Positions 1 to 8,966 of a stretch of DNA of 64,000 nucleotides are shown here, piece by piece. The notes beneath the pieces were generated by a model, which saw only the letters and a program-made list of their open reading frames with translations, did no database searches and was not told where the DNA came from. Positions within the stretch are counted from its first letter, which is position 1. Each line of letters opens with the position of its first letter. The stretch comes from an uncultured Dehalococcoidales bacterium (lineage in GTDB: Bacteria; Chloroflexota; Dehalococcoidia; GIF9; UBA5629): positions 61,407-125,406 of the forward strand of contig CAYTIC010000008.1 in assembly GCA_964437795.1 (NCBI GenBank), in the 5' to 3' direction. The position numbers were made by a program, and so were the translations under genes.

Positions 1-270
1 AAGTTGCACCGGGGCCTGCCGGTGTACCGCAATTGGGGCAGACGGTGGGCAATGGCGTGCCGCACGCGTTGCAGTATTTCTGTCCGGGAGCATTGTTGGT
101 GCCGCATCTGGGGCATCTTATCCATTGCTGCATTTCGTCACTCCGTTACATCTATAACTATCTACAAAGGAAACGTACAATTACCCTGGAATGTTTAACC
201 ATTTTCTTGATTATATACACAGGTATTAAATAAATCAATAAATCTGGACATAAGGCAGTAAAGGATATTC

Positions 271-1179
271 CTACCTGCCGACAAGATAGCTCCTGCGTGA
301 GACCTCTTCACCTGCGGCATTGTAGAGCACGGCCGTATCGGCGATCTCGTTGTTCCAGATATTTCCCTGTCCCCAATTGAAGGAAAAACCGCCTGTCTGG
401 CAGTGAACTTCATCTGTGAAAACCAGCACCGTTTGACCCGGATAGAGGATACATGGGACAGGCAGGCCCTGCTGGCCGCTGGCCGGCTTCATGGGCGTCT
501 GGTCCAGGGGTTCCAGCGGAGTGCAGGAGGACCATGAGATCTCGCTGTTCGGCACATAGGACGGCAGGGGCTGTTGAGAGCCCGTTAAAAACCGGTTGGC
601 CTCGGACTGCGCAGGGTTCTTGGTCACGGTATAATAGCTTCCTTCGATTTTCGATTCCTCGGCCAATAAATCAACCGGCAGATCGTAGGGTACGCATGGA
701 TAGTATGTGGGGAAGAGGAAGGTCGGATACCCCCTGGATATATTCGTCAAGCGCCAGCCGGTGATATCCTGGTCGGTTTTGCTTATGTTCTGGATTACCA
801 CGAACTCATCGCGCTCGTATAGTCCTGCGTTGCAGCAACCGATCCTGGTCAGTGTGCCCCTGTAATGGATCAGTTTTATCTGGACAGGCGGTCCAATCTC
901 AGAAGTGACCGCAGGAACGGGCTTATTTGGCTCTGTCATAATCGCCGGGGCCTGGTCCGCAGGGGTAGACGCCGGAGTTGACCCTGCCGGGGGTTGCGGC
1001 GTGTCGATGCCGGCGGGACCCGGCGAGGGCATGGGTGATGCGCAGGCAGAGGCAGCCGCACCAATAATAATTAAAATGGTTAACAGCAATGCCTGGCCGA
1101 ATTTTCCCGGTTGAAAAGTTAGCATAAGCGTAATTGAATTATATGCACTGACGGAGAGGGATGTCCACAGGACGGGCAC
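271..1179 (-). CDS. Secreted or lipo-anchored lamin-tail-domain (LTD) protein with a Pro-rich linker. The true start is possibly the ATG at 1125 (MLTFQ...).
   Basis: A signal-peptide-like segment (LLLTILIIIGAAASAC) is followed by a Pro/Thr-rich spacer. The motif EFVVIQNISKTDQDITGWRL is typical of lamin-tail-domain (PF00932-like) proteins. Confidence 0.5.
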   Translation of the reverse strand: MPVLWTSLSVSAYNSITLMLTFQPGKFGQALLLTILIIIGAAASACASPMPSPGPAGIDTPQPPAGSTPASTPADQAPAIMTEPNKPVPAVTSEIGPPVQIKLIHYRGTLTRIGCCNAGLYERDEFVVIQNISKTDQDITGWRLTNISRGYPTFLFPTYYPCVPYDLPVDLLAEESKIEGSYYTVTKNPAQSEANRFLTGSQQPLPSYVPNSEISWSSCTPLEPLDQTPMKPASGQQGLPVPCILYPGQTVLVFTDEVHCQTGGFSFNWGQGNIWNNEIADTAVLYNAAGEEVSRRSYLVGR

Positions 1180-1270
1180 GGTCGGCGTTCAAAGGCTGGA
1201 TTTATTACGATTGCAATAGCCTGCTCACCTTGATTTTAAACCTTATTAAAGAATAGAATATAGCGTTAGA

Positions 1271-1343
1271 GGGCGGCTAGCTCAGCGGTTAGAGCACTTG
1301 CTTCACACGCAAGGGGTCACAGGTTCAAATCCTGTGCTGCCCA
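1271..1343 (+). tRNA. tRNA-Val (anticodon CAC)
   Basis: Cloverleaf read by hand: 7-bp acceptor stem, GTTCAAATCC T-loop, anticodon loop TTCACAC. No CCA is encoded. Confidence 0.8.
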
Positions 1344-1345
1344 GG

Positions 1346-1432
1346 GCCGAAGTGGCGGAATGGCAGACGCGCTACGTTCAGGGCGTAGTATCCGTAACGG
1401 ATGTGTGGGTTCAACTCCCACCTTCGGCACCA
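1346..1432 (+). tRNA. tRNA-Leu (anticodon CAG), class II with a long variable arm
   Basis: Starts GCCGAAGTGGCGGAA, has anticodon loop TTCAGGG and a long variable arm, and ends CACCA. Confidence 0.8.
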
Positions 1433-1437
1433 TTTAT

Positions 1438-1514
1438 GCGCCTGTAGCTCAGTGGATTAGAGCGCAGCCCTGCGAAGGCTGAGGCCGTGGGTTCAAGCCC
1501 CACCAGGCGTACCA
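1438..1514 (+). tRNA. tRNA-Arg, with the anticodon read as GCG (unusual)
   Basis: The anticodon stem is CAGCC/GGCTG, the loop CTGCGAA gives anticodon GCG, A20 is in the D-loop, and the T-loop is GGTTCAAGCC. CCA is encoded. Confidence 0.65.
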
Positions 1515-1521
1515 CTCCCCA

Positions 1522-1597
1522 GGGCGATTAGCTCAGCGGTTAGAGCACCTGTCTTACACACAGGGGGTCACTGGTTCAAATCCAGTATCGCCCACCA
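1522..1597 (+). tRNA. tRNA-Val (anticodon TAC). Its 3-prime 45 nt act as the att core that is repeated downstream.
   Basis: Anticodon loop CTTACAC, T-loop GGTTCAAATCC, and CCA encoded. The stretch from the anticodon loop to the 3-prime end recurs at 14761, 16941 and 18648. Confidence 0.85.
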
Positions 1598-1703
1598 TCC
1601 ACAAAAAACCCTGACCGATGCCTTTCTTCCTCACCGCGTTTTGTATATGTAAGTTTCAGCTGGAGCGTCAAGGAAAGCGTCAGAGATATTGGATAATCTA
1701 GTA

Positions 1704-2636
1704 TCATTGCAGTAATCGTGTCACAAGTGCAGCACTCGCCACGATGCCCAACACTGAGCATGCCCCCGGTAGTCCAACTAAGTACGCCAGTCCGTAAGGG
1801 CCCAAATCAACACCAGCAGAACAATTGGCAACTCCCAGCATAGCAAGCGTTCCTAGCAACATAGCGAAGAAAAGGAAACCCACAGTAAAATAGAACCTAG
1901 GAAGAACTAGCTCTCTGAATCTTTTTATGCGTTCTGCCTCGAATATCCACGGGGATTTCTGAATCTCATTGTGTAGCGCGATCAAAGACGAGGATTGGTT
2001 TTCATAAACTGCATCGGTATCAAGTGCATTTACTATCCGATCGATAACACTATCCATTTCCAATATAAGTTTAGATGGCTGAGCAAAATATGTTTCCCAC
2101 GTTTTTATTGCAGCTTCTTTTGTTGTCTTGTCGATATTGTAAAGTGGCTGTGTCTGCCATTTTCTTAAGTAACGAGGAGGATACTTGGAGGTATTATAAT
2201 GCGAGGCAAGCTCCTTAATCGCCCATAGCTTTCCTAACATTATCCTGTTTTCTTTTGCCTGCTTATCTTTCTTTTTCTCTATCTTCTCATTATTTACGAT
2301 TATCAACCATTTATTATAGAAAACATCCAATCGCACTTGATCTAGCCGCTGACTGCTTTCATCAAATCGTCGCATGTAGGCCTCAACTTTATCTAAAACC
2401 AGCGTTTCACGACCTGTAATGTGCTGTAACCTGAATACTGTTCCCGCTATTGAAGCCGCAAAGAATGCTGCCGCAACCTGTGTCTGGGTTCTTAAGAACC
2501 ACACGGCATTGTCTTGGCAGATATCAGGTAGCCACTTAATTGCATACACAACAAAAAAGCTGGTTACTGGGACAACGACAAGCATAATTACAGCTTCAAG
2601 CCAGTCGTTCGTCCTATCTTGCATTTGGTTCCTCAT
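1704..2636 (-). CDS. Hypothetical membrane protein with two N-terminal and two C-terminal TM helices and a coiled-coil middle.
   Basis: 310-aa ORF with hydrophobic helices at both ends. It sits 40 bp downstream of, and co-directional with, the AlpA/excisionase-like gene. Confidence 0.45.
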   Translation of the reverse strand: MRNQMQDRTNDWLEAVIMLVVVPVTSFFVVYAIKWLPDICQDNAVWFLRTQTQVAAAFFAASIAGTVFRLQHITGRETLVLDKVEAYMRRFDESSQRLDQVRLDVFYNKWLIIVNNEKIEKKKDKQAKENRIMLGKLWAIKELASHYNTSKYPPRYLRKWQTQPLYNIDKTTKEAAIKTWETYFAQPSKLILEMDSVIDRIVNALDTDAVYENQSSSLIALHNEIQKSPWIFEAERIKRFRELVLPRFYFTVGFLFFAMLLGTLAMLGVANCSAGVDLGPYGLAYLVGLPGACSVLGIVASAALVTRLLQ

Positions 2637-2678
2637 CTCTTCTTGTATCTAATTCAAGTTCATTTCTTGATCATCTGC

Positions 2679-2903
2679 TCAGTGGCTTTTTATCCATTTA
2701 ACCAGGTCATCCTTTAGAAAGACCCGTTTCTTGCCTATCTTGTGAGACGGTAAGCCAGACTCCATGAGTTTGTATATCGTCTGGTGGCTAACCCCCAGGA
2801 ACTCCTGGGCCTCAGTAAATGTAAAGAATATACGCTCTATCTTTTTATCCGGTTTAGCTCTTTTCATACTTAACCCTTTGAGATGATGGTATAATGCTGC
2901 CAA
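2679..2903 (-). CDS. Excisionase/AlpA-family helix-turn-helix DNA-binding protein (copy 1)
   Basis: RIFFTFTEAQEFLGVSHQTIYKLMESGLPSHKIGKKRVFLKDDLVKWIK matches the excisionase-family DNA-binding domain pattern. It is paralogous to 4037-4228. Confidence 0.6.
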   Translation of the reverse strand: MAALYHHLKGLSMKRAKPDKKIERIFFTFTEAQEFLGVSHQTIYKLMESGLPSHKIGKKRVFLKDDLVKWIKSH

Positions 2904-2975
2904 TCATTAGGCACAAATAGACAATTATAGATGATTATTGACAGTTAATTATAACGAGCTTAGAATTGGTTTTGC

Positions 2976-3329
2976 ATGGCAGCAAGTGCAGCAGGAAACA
3001 AAATGAAGTGCTACAACCATCCCGAGTACGATTCTGTCGCTACCTGTTTAAAGTGCAGTCAACCTATCTGCGAGATATGCTACTTGGGAGCCAGGGATCA
3101 TGCAATCTGCCGGACGTGCTGGGACAAGATCACACTGGAAGATCAACTACAGAGAAATAAAGAAAGGCAGGAGCTATTATCAAAAAGGAAAAGCGAGGAA
3201 CTTAATATCTCGCAGGTTACGGGCACAGCGCTGGCAGTGTTTGCACTGAGCCTGGTTGTTATATGCGCGAACCAAATGCTATCGATTGCGCAGAAGATGT
3301 TGAATGCTCTGAGAGCTAATGACAATTAA
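2976..3329 (+). CDS. B-box/zinc-ribbon-like small protein with a C-terminal TM helix. The start is possibly the ATG at 3003.
   Basis: Cys/His cluster CYNHPEYDSVATCLKCSQPICEICYL...HAICRTCW, followed by a hydrophobic segment. Confidence 0.35.
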   Translation: MAASAAGNKMKCYNHPEYDSVATCLKCSQPICEICYLGARDHAICRTCWDKITLEDQLQRNKERQELLSKRKSEELNISQVTGTALAVFALSLVVICANQMLSIAQKMLNALRANDN

Positions 3330-3393
3330 TGCGGGATTATATTGTTCATATAGGGGTTAGGGGGCTTGAAGCTATTTTTACATATTTAGGTAG

Positions 3394-3663
3394 TTAGCCA
3401 CGTCTTTTTTTTGATAGGGTAGCCAATATTATAAATACGAATGGCAATATAGCCGCGAAACCTACCAGATTCCATCCATCGTTGGCTGTTTGTCCAATAA
3501 CAATTGCCAGGCCCGATATGACCACAGCTCCTACAAGTCCCATTAAGGATAGCCACCCGGTATCCTGCATACTGTTGGCGATAATACGATCCTGTTTTCT
3601 CAGATGTTTCTGGATCGTTTTCAGGGATATTGGCCTACCTTTTTTCTTTTCTTTCATTTTCAT
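3394..3663 (-). CDS. Small membrane protein
   Basis: 89-aa ORF with a Lys-rich N-terminus and two hydrophobic helices. Low confidence. Confidence 0.3.
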   Translation of the reverse strand: MKMKEKKKGRPISLKTIQKHLRKQDRIIANSMQDTGWLSLMGLVGAVVISGLAIVIGQTANDGWNLVGFAAILPFVFIILATLSKKRRG

Positions 3664-4036
3664 CTCCTTGCTATTAGTCTATCTCAAACTTCAAAATAAT
3701 GCAAACATTTGTTCTATTATATAACATGAGGTGATTTTATAAACAATTTAATAGACGAGTTGAACAAAATTTTATAGAAAAAAGCTAAGCAGCCATTGTC
3801 GATGGTAAATTGGAGATGACTATTGATACTTGGACTATGATAATTTCACCACACTTTTTTGTGATGAACGTAATGAACCTAAAGATTAGAGTCGGTTGTC
3901 TTGAAATGCACATAAACAATGATTGTTATTTTGTTCCCGCCACCGCTATCACCCTTGCATCCTATCTCTGATAAAGCATCGTCTGCGGTTCTTACCTCTC
4001 ATGCGTTAGGGCATGTGTCTTGCGCCCATATGCCAA

Positions 4037-4228
4037 TTAATGTCCCTTCTTCCAGTCAGCCACATCCTCCTTCAGGAACACGATCTTCATGCCTATCCTG
4101 TGGTATGGTAGCCCGGACTTCATCAGCTTGCGCAGCATATACCTGCTGACGGACAATTGATCCATCGTCTCATTGAACGTGAAGAAAATCCGCTCTGTAC
4201 GTTTAGACCGTCCCTGTCCGTCCATCAT
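4037..4228 (-). CDS. Excisionase/AlpA-family helix-turn-helix DNA-binding protein (copy 2)
   Basis: RIFFTFNETMDQLSVSRYMLRKLMKSGLPYHRIGMKIVFLKEDVADWKK is paralogous to 2679-2903. Confidence 0.6.
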   Translation of the reverse strand: MMDGQGRSKRTERIFFTFNETMDQLSVSRYMLRKLMKSGLPYHRIGMKIVFLKEDVADWKKGH

Positions 4229-4440
4229 GTCTGACTAAAAATGGTATATGAAACGGGGATAAATGGAAAGCTACGATGAGCAATGAGATGAGGGATAGAA
4301 GCCGGGGTAGGGGTGGCCTGAATCATGGCATTAATTGTTACAAATCATAACTACCCAAATCACAAACACGGACTTGTTCCCTTCGCATATAGGGAGCATC
4401 AAGGGAAGCTTCAGGGGAAAAGGAGCTGATGCGATGAGTC

Positions 4441-4845
4441 TCAGGGACTCTTGCTCTTATGCTTGGCGTTGCCATGTCCCATGTGTTTAGATAATGGCTC
4501 TTCACATTGGTGGACGACATTTCCTGTGACGGGATCGGTTATCACTTCACTATACCAATCATGCTCCCTATCGATCACCCTGCTAAGATGCATCCACTTA
4601 TAAATCTTTCGAAACAGGTCAGCTCCTGAAACTTCTTCTATGAAGGGCTTCTTGTCACCTTGGTGCTTAGCTTTCATGCCTGCCCTAGTTGTTATTCCAA
4701 TACACACATGAGATGTGACTTTAAAATGTCTCGAGGTGGAACCACACACAGGGCAGGGAGTACGCTGACTCGGTTGGATATCGCTTCTTTCCCTCAGTAC
4801 CAAGCTGCATTTACCGCACTTCACGATTGCATTGTCGTCTGTCAC
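4441..4845 (-). CDS. Zinc-ribbon protein. It is co-transcribed downstream of the RM gene and may act as an accessory or controller.
   Basis: A CxxC...CxxC motif (KCGKCS...CPVCGS). There is a 27-bp gap after the RM ORF on the same strand. Confidence 0.4.
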   Translation of the reverse strand: MTDDNAIVKCGKCSLVLRERSDIQPSQRTPCPVCGSTSRHFKVTSHVCIGITTRAGMKAKHQGDKKPFIEEVSGADLFRKIYKWMHLSRVIDREHDWYSEVITDPVTGNVVHQCEEPLSKHMGHGNAKHKSKSP

Positions 4846-4872
4846 CGGCCTCCCATAACCTTCAGCTTCTGA

Positions 4873-7482
4873 CTAGTAGGATTCAAGCAGTTCCTTTACC
4901 TCTTCTGGTAGCGTTGTTAGACCTTCGACTTCGAGGGCTATTGCCGTGGTTCTATTCCGTAGCTGAGCTCTAGTCTGCACGGTCTCTCTTGTTTCTATGG
5001 CTATCCTCTGGCAAACCTGCGCATCTTTCGGAATCGGCAGCAACACTTCGAAAAGGCGTTTGCCCAATGTATCGATGATATCGCGTGTGAACTGCTTTGC
5101 TCTCATTTGCCGGCGGACGATGGGGGCATTCAGAAGGGCAAGCAATAGGTAGGGATCAAGCTCATCCTTTTTATTCACACGAATCTTATAGATGCCGCCG
5201 CAGTATAGTATTTTGACGTCGTGCTCCGTCAGTATGCAGGAGATGCCGACGAGATAAGTACCATCACGGACAACGAAGATGTCTTCTGCTTGCACATCTT
5301 GCTTGAGCCGATAGCTCTCGTAAAGCTCGATGCTGACATTCTGCTTGGGATCGGTCTTGAGTTCCCAATTCGAGATGTCGGAGGTGCGTATGAACGGGAT
5401 TGGCCCCGTGCCATACGCCATCTTTCCTATTTCTATTCCCGTCTTCCATGAGATGACTTTTTGTTGAACGAGGTCGGCCAAAGATATTAATTTATGCGTC
5501 GAAGCCAATGCTTCGAGATCGCTCTCCAGCTTTGGATCGTAATATTTAGGTATAAATATGTTATTTCTGATATCTTTAATGTGGTTGACAAAGCCAAGTC
5601 TATCCCGCTCCGGGTTCTTTCCATATTTGTAAATGTCGTTGAATCGCTCAGCAACGTGTGGGATATCATCCAGCAGCATCTTCCTCCCAAATTTGTCGAT
5701 ACGATATGTTGGATTTGCCCTGGAATCATGTCCACACCACTTGACGTCAGCCATGAAGATATCGTAGTTCTCTCCTCTGGTTGGTGGCGAGTTCTCAAGG
5801 AACATGACGCAGACTTTTGCATGGGTACCACCTTTGCCACTTGTCTTAAAAAGAGCCTCCGGCATGGAGACTATTCCCTTTATTTTTACGTTACGGCAAA
5901 GATAATTGACAACATATTCGTACGTTGGCATTCCAAAGACAGCTTCTGGGAGGACGATACCCATTCTGCCGCCAGGCTTCAAAAGTTGGAGGCACCTCTC
6001 GAGGAAGATGATCTGAGGTGGTTGGTCTTCATGAATTGCAGTGGTCTGGTTTATTTGTCCCGTGTCCCTATTGAGCTTCCATTTATGCCCAAGTTTATAT
6101 TGCGATAGGAGGCATTCTTCCTTCACGACGATTTTCTTCCCCATAGGAGGATTTGTCAGGAGGACATCGAATGCTCCTAATCCGACTCTCTCTTGCATCA
6201 CTGGCGGCCAATCACGCGGCAAGACAAGACTATTCTCACAAAAGACGCCGCCTCGACCATCACCTACTATTGCCATGTATGCTTTTGTCACTTTAGCGAG
6301 AAAGCTATCTTTGTCGATGCCAGTGAAATAACGTGTTGCTACTTCTACTTCCCGTTTAAACAGTTGTCGCTCGCTCCAGCCCTTTTTCTGCGCTTGTGCT
6401 TTAAGTCCAGCCCAAACGTGCTCCAGAGCCACGATCAAGAACCCACCTGATCCGCAGGCAGGATCGGCGATGCTTTCCCCAGCTTGAGGATCAAGGATGT
6501 CTACCATCATCTTTATCACGTTCCGTGGAGTGAAGAACTGCCCTTCGCTGCCTCTCAGAGCTGGTCCAATAAATACCTCAAAGGCATCTCCGACAGCGTC
6601 TCTGTCCGCTTCCATGATAGAGTAGTTCTGTAGTTCTCCGACGACATATAGGAGACTGTCTGCATCTAGTTTGATCTTCTCCTCCGGCGAGAATACATCG
6701 TCGAATGTCGCTATTTTTACCTTCTCAAATAACTCTAGGATTCGTTTTTGCACTGCTGTTGCATTCTCTCCGATCCCTGCGCGGAATTGGACCATATCCT
6801 CTGGGCCGCATGTTTGTTCGTCGAGTATCTTGCAGAACAATATGCTGATTATCTCTTGAGCCAGCGCTTCGTCACGCGTTATGCCAGTAGTCATGCCCGC
6901 GAGATGATTACGGATATCACGGAAAATCACCTTCAGATTTGACGGTTTTGTTAGGTCTTTACGTTTAAAAAGTCCGATGTCTTCTACGCGCTGCCCTTTA
7001 CGCGGAATGTTTGGTAGATCTTTCCACTCGATATGGCCGTCTGTGTGGCGTATCTTGAGTATGTAGGCGTGCTCGTGACCATTGTACCACGCACCTATGG
7101 TCGCTGGGCTCATCTCAAGATACAGCTTCAACTGGGCTATGCCATCTCGTCGATTTTTTTGCTTGCACTCCACGATCGTCGTCAGTTTCGACTCTATATG
7201 GTCAGAAGATTTGAAGACAGCTATATCAACGGGGTAGGATTTCTTTTCATCTGACGGACGCTTGCGGACGTGGAACTGAGGATGAGTCTGGATTTGGTTT
7301 TTATCGTAGCCGTAGTCTTCGACCAACCTCCGGGCGAATATCTGCACTGCTTCGATCTCCTCAGCAGTGGCCTTAGCTTCTATACCTGAGATATAATCGA
7401 TGACGTAGCCGGATTTAGGTTGCGGATCGGATTGACTGGCATCCGGGACAAGTTGGCTGACTATCTTCTTGCTACGACTCAT
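4873..7482 (-). CDS. Single-chain restriction-modification enzyme (Type IIG/IIB-like). It has an N-terminal PD-(D/E)xK nuclease-like domain (HSDR_N-like), a gamma-class N6-adenine DNA methyltransferase and a C-terminal HsdS-like target-recognition domain.
   Basis: Nuclease-like motif VDIAVF...IVECK. MTase motif I FFTPRNVIKMMVDILDPQAGESIADPACGSGGFL and motif IV TNPPMG. The C-terminal about 200 aa resemble a Type I specificity TRD. The internal ATG at 7482 (MSRSKK) is the likely start. No separate hsdR or hsdS gene is nearby. Confidence 0.65.
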   Translation of the reverse strand: MSRSKKIVSQLVPDASQSDPQPKSGYVIDYISGIEAKATAEEIEAVQIFARRLVEDYGYDKNQIQTHPQFHVRKRPSDEKKSYPVDIAVFKSSDHIESKLTTIVECKQKNRRDGIAQLKLYLEMSPATIGAWYNGHEHAYILKIRHTDGHIEWKDLPNIPRKGQRVEDIGLFKRKDLTKPSNLKVIFRDIRNHLAGMTTGITRDEALAQEIISILFCKILDEQTCGPEDMVQFRAGIGENATAVQKRILELFEKVKIATFDDVFSPEEKIKLDADSLLYVVGELQNYSIMEADRDAVGDAFEVFIGPALRGSEGQFFTPRNVIKMMVDILDPQAGESIADPACGSGGFLIVALEHVWAGLKAQAQKKGWSERQLFKREVEVATRYFTGIDKDSFLAKVTKAYMAIVGDGRGGVFCENSLVLPRDWPPVMQERVGLGAFDVLLTNPPMGKKIVVKEECLLSQYKLGHKWKLNRDTGQINQTTAIHEDQPPQIIFLERCLQLLKPGGRMGIVLPEAVFGMPTYEYVVNYLCRNVKIKGIVSMPEALFKTSGKGGTHAKVCVMFLENSPPTRGENYDIFMADVKWCGHDSRANPTYRIDKFGRKMLLDDIPHVAERFNDIYKYGKNPERDRLGFVNHIKDIRNNIFIPKYYDPKLESDLEALASTHKLISLADLVQQKVISWKTGIEIGKMAYGTGPIPFIRTSDISNWELKTDPKQNVSIELYESYRLKQDVQAEDIFVVRDGTYLVGISCILTEHDVKILYCGGIYKIRVNKKDELDPYLLLALLNAPIVRRQMRAKQFTRDIIDTLGKRLFEVLLPIPKDAQVCQRIAIETRETVQTRAQLRNRTTAIALEVEGLTTLPEEVKELLESY

Positions 7483-7871
7483 CTTTGTATATCCTAATGC
7501 CCGTCTGTTGCTACAGTCTTCTATATTTATGCACCAGTTGTCAAGCGCACTATTCCCTACATGGTGCGACAACACTGCCCTCGGTCTTCAAGACAGGGGG
7601 CACGATCAAGGGGCATGTTTGTGACGCTGGTTTGGCGATGAGGAAGTGACGGTCTTCCTGGCAAAAAACCGTCAGTAATTAAATTGGGCTGTTGATGGAC
7701 AGGTATCCTTCCTACCTGGGGTGGCCTCGATCATCGGAGGGTAGTATCTATCGCAACCATAGGCCGAGCACACACCGGGATTGCTTCCTCGAAAAAGGCG
7801 ACATAAACGCGTAGAACCGCTGGATATGCCGGGTTTAAAATGCCGATAAAATGCCGACGAGGTGAAAGATC

Positions 7872-8156
7872 GTGGAAAAAGATATAGTGTTAATCGAATG
7901 GATCGACAGCAGGGGCACGGAGAGGTGGGAATACCTCGACGAGATAGAGCCGATGCTGCCCGGCGAATGCCTTTCGGTGGGGTTCATCATCGAGGGCAAC
8001 AGCGATTATACAACAATAGCAATGGCGGTCACCGATACCCAGGTGCTTGCCCGGATGACAATACCGGCAGGCTGCATCAAAAGCGTAAAGAATCTTGGTA
8101 CTTCATCTGGCAGTAACCGCGATGCGGATAGAAAATGCCCTTATAACCGCAATTGA
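7872..8156 (+). CDS. Hypothetical protein
   Basis: A GAGGTG ribosome-binding site lies 7 nt upstream of a GTG start. No recognisable domain. Confidence 0.35.
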   Translation: MEKDIVLIEWIDSRGTERWEYLDEIEPMLPGECLSVGFIIEGNSDYTTIAMAVTDTQVLARMTIPAGCIKSVKNLGTSSGSNRDADRKCPYNRN

Positions 8157-8172
8157 CAGCAGCTACCGATAA

Positions 8173-8394
8173 TTAGTGGTTGATGTTGATGCCGTCGTTG
8201 CGGATCACGTCCATATGGCTTTCCAGCACAGCTTGCTTTTGCTCAACGGTGGTAATGCGGGCGTTCATGACATAGAAGAGGGCCAGCACCAATATGAGGG
8301 TTATGATCTGTATCACGATGCCTGCTACTCGTAGGGCAGAGAGTGTCTTCTTATCCACAGTAGCCATATTATAACTAATCAACAGCGTAGACAC
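8173..8394 (-). CDS. Small membrane protein
   Basis: 73 aa with one strong TM helix (VAGIVIQIITLILVLALFYV). Confidence 0.3.
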   Translation of the reverse strand: MSTLLISYNMATVDKKTLSALRVAGIVIQIITLILVLALFYVMNARITTVEQKQAVLESHMDVIRNDGININH

Positions 8395-8416
8395 TCAATT
8401 GGTTGTTAGTGTTAGG

Positions 8417-8437
8417 CCGTCTACACTGTCCACAGTG
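8417..8437. repeat. Inverted copy of the 9-bp GTAGACAGT-type repeat (two units)
   Basis: CTACACTGTCCACAGTG is the reverse complement of TGTGGACAGTGTAGACGG. Confidence 0.6.
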
Positions 8438-8690
8438 ACCAGCTCGCCGCAGAACTTAACGCAGTCATGTGGTGATGTCCGACCGCTGCCTTTCATGGTG
8501 GGTTGGTCGGGCCTCAACTTTTTGCGCGGATGGCACCGGTGGTGGCCAAGGCGTGGCCGGGGGCAGGGGTAGGGGTGTGGTCGGTATGGGGCGGAGCGGG
8601 TCAAGACATCCCATGCTTGCAGGGTCTTAACGCAATAACAAAAGTCCCCTTGAACCCGTATTGGAAACAAGGGGACTTTTGTCCGGTGCC

Positions 8691-8846
8691 TTATTGTTTA
8701 TTTACAAATGTCTCGCGATGGTCATCAATGCACACCAGTTACAATTCATGTCCCACCAGGCGCAGCGCTTCTGGATGCACTCTTTGTAACTTTCATCTGC
8801 TTCATCAGGTAACGCCAGTATAGCCGATGCTAATAACGGGCATACC
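8691..8846 (-). CDS. Small Cys-rich protein, 51 aa, not in the ORF track
   Basis: Hand translation gives MVCPLLASAILALPDEADESYKECIQKRCAWWDMNCNWCALMTIARHLYKQ. A GGAGGTG site lies 4 nt upstream of the ATG. Confidence 0.3.
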
Positions 8847-8897
8847 ATGTTTCACCTCCTGTATTTATTTTGTGGTTAGTAACGTATGTATAAACGT

Positions 8898-8920
8898 CGT
8901 AGACAGTGTAGACGGTGTGA
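8898..8920. repeat. Direct copies of the 9-bp GTAGACAGT-type repeat (iteron-like), immediately 3-prime of the primase-helicase gene
   Basis: GTAGACAGTGTAGACGGTGTGA. The same unit is tandemly repeated at 11654-11689. Confidence 0.6.
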
Positions 8921-8966
8921 GCGCCGTGGCGAGTGCCGCATCTTCAGCGTTCACACCACAGTCCAG

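Noticed and set aside
1-270. ORFs 4-198 and 33-233 at the window edge
   Set aside because: They are truncated by the window start, with mixed composition and no motifs. I cannot distinguish a gene 3-prime end from non-coding sequence.
3919-4149. 76-aa plus-strand ORF overlapping the excisionase copy 2 gene
   Set aside because: It is antisense to a motif-bearing HTH gene and lies in an AT-rich junction region.
5221-6450. Several 60-200-aa ORFs on both strands inside the RM gene (for example 5494-6108 plus, 6041-6331 plus)
   Set aside because: They are entirely nested in or antisense to a long, domain-rich ORF (4873-7482 minus) and have no RBS or conserved motifs, so they are treated as frame artefacts.
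8395-8670. 91-aa Pro/His-rich ORF on the minus strand
   Set aside because: Low-complexity composition, no RBS, and it overlaps the repeat/hairpin region. It is probably spurious.
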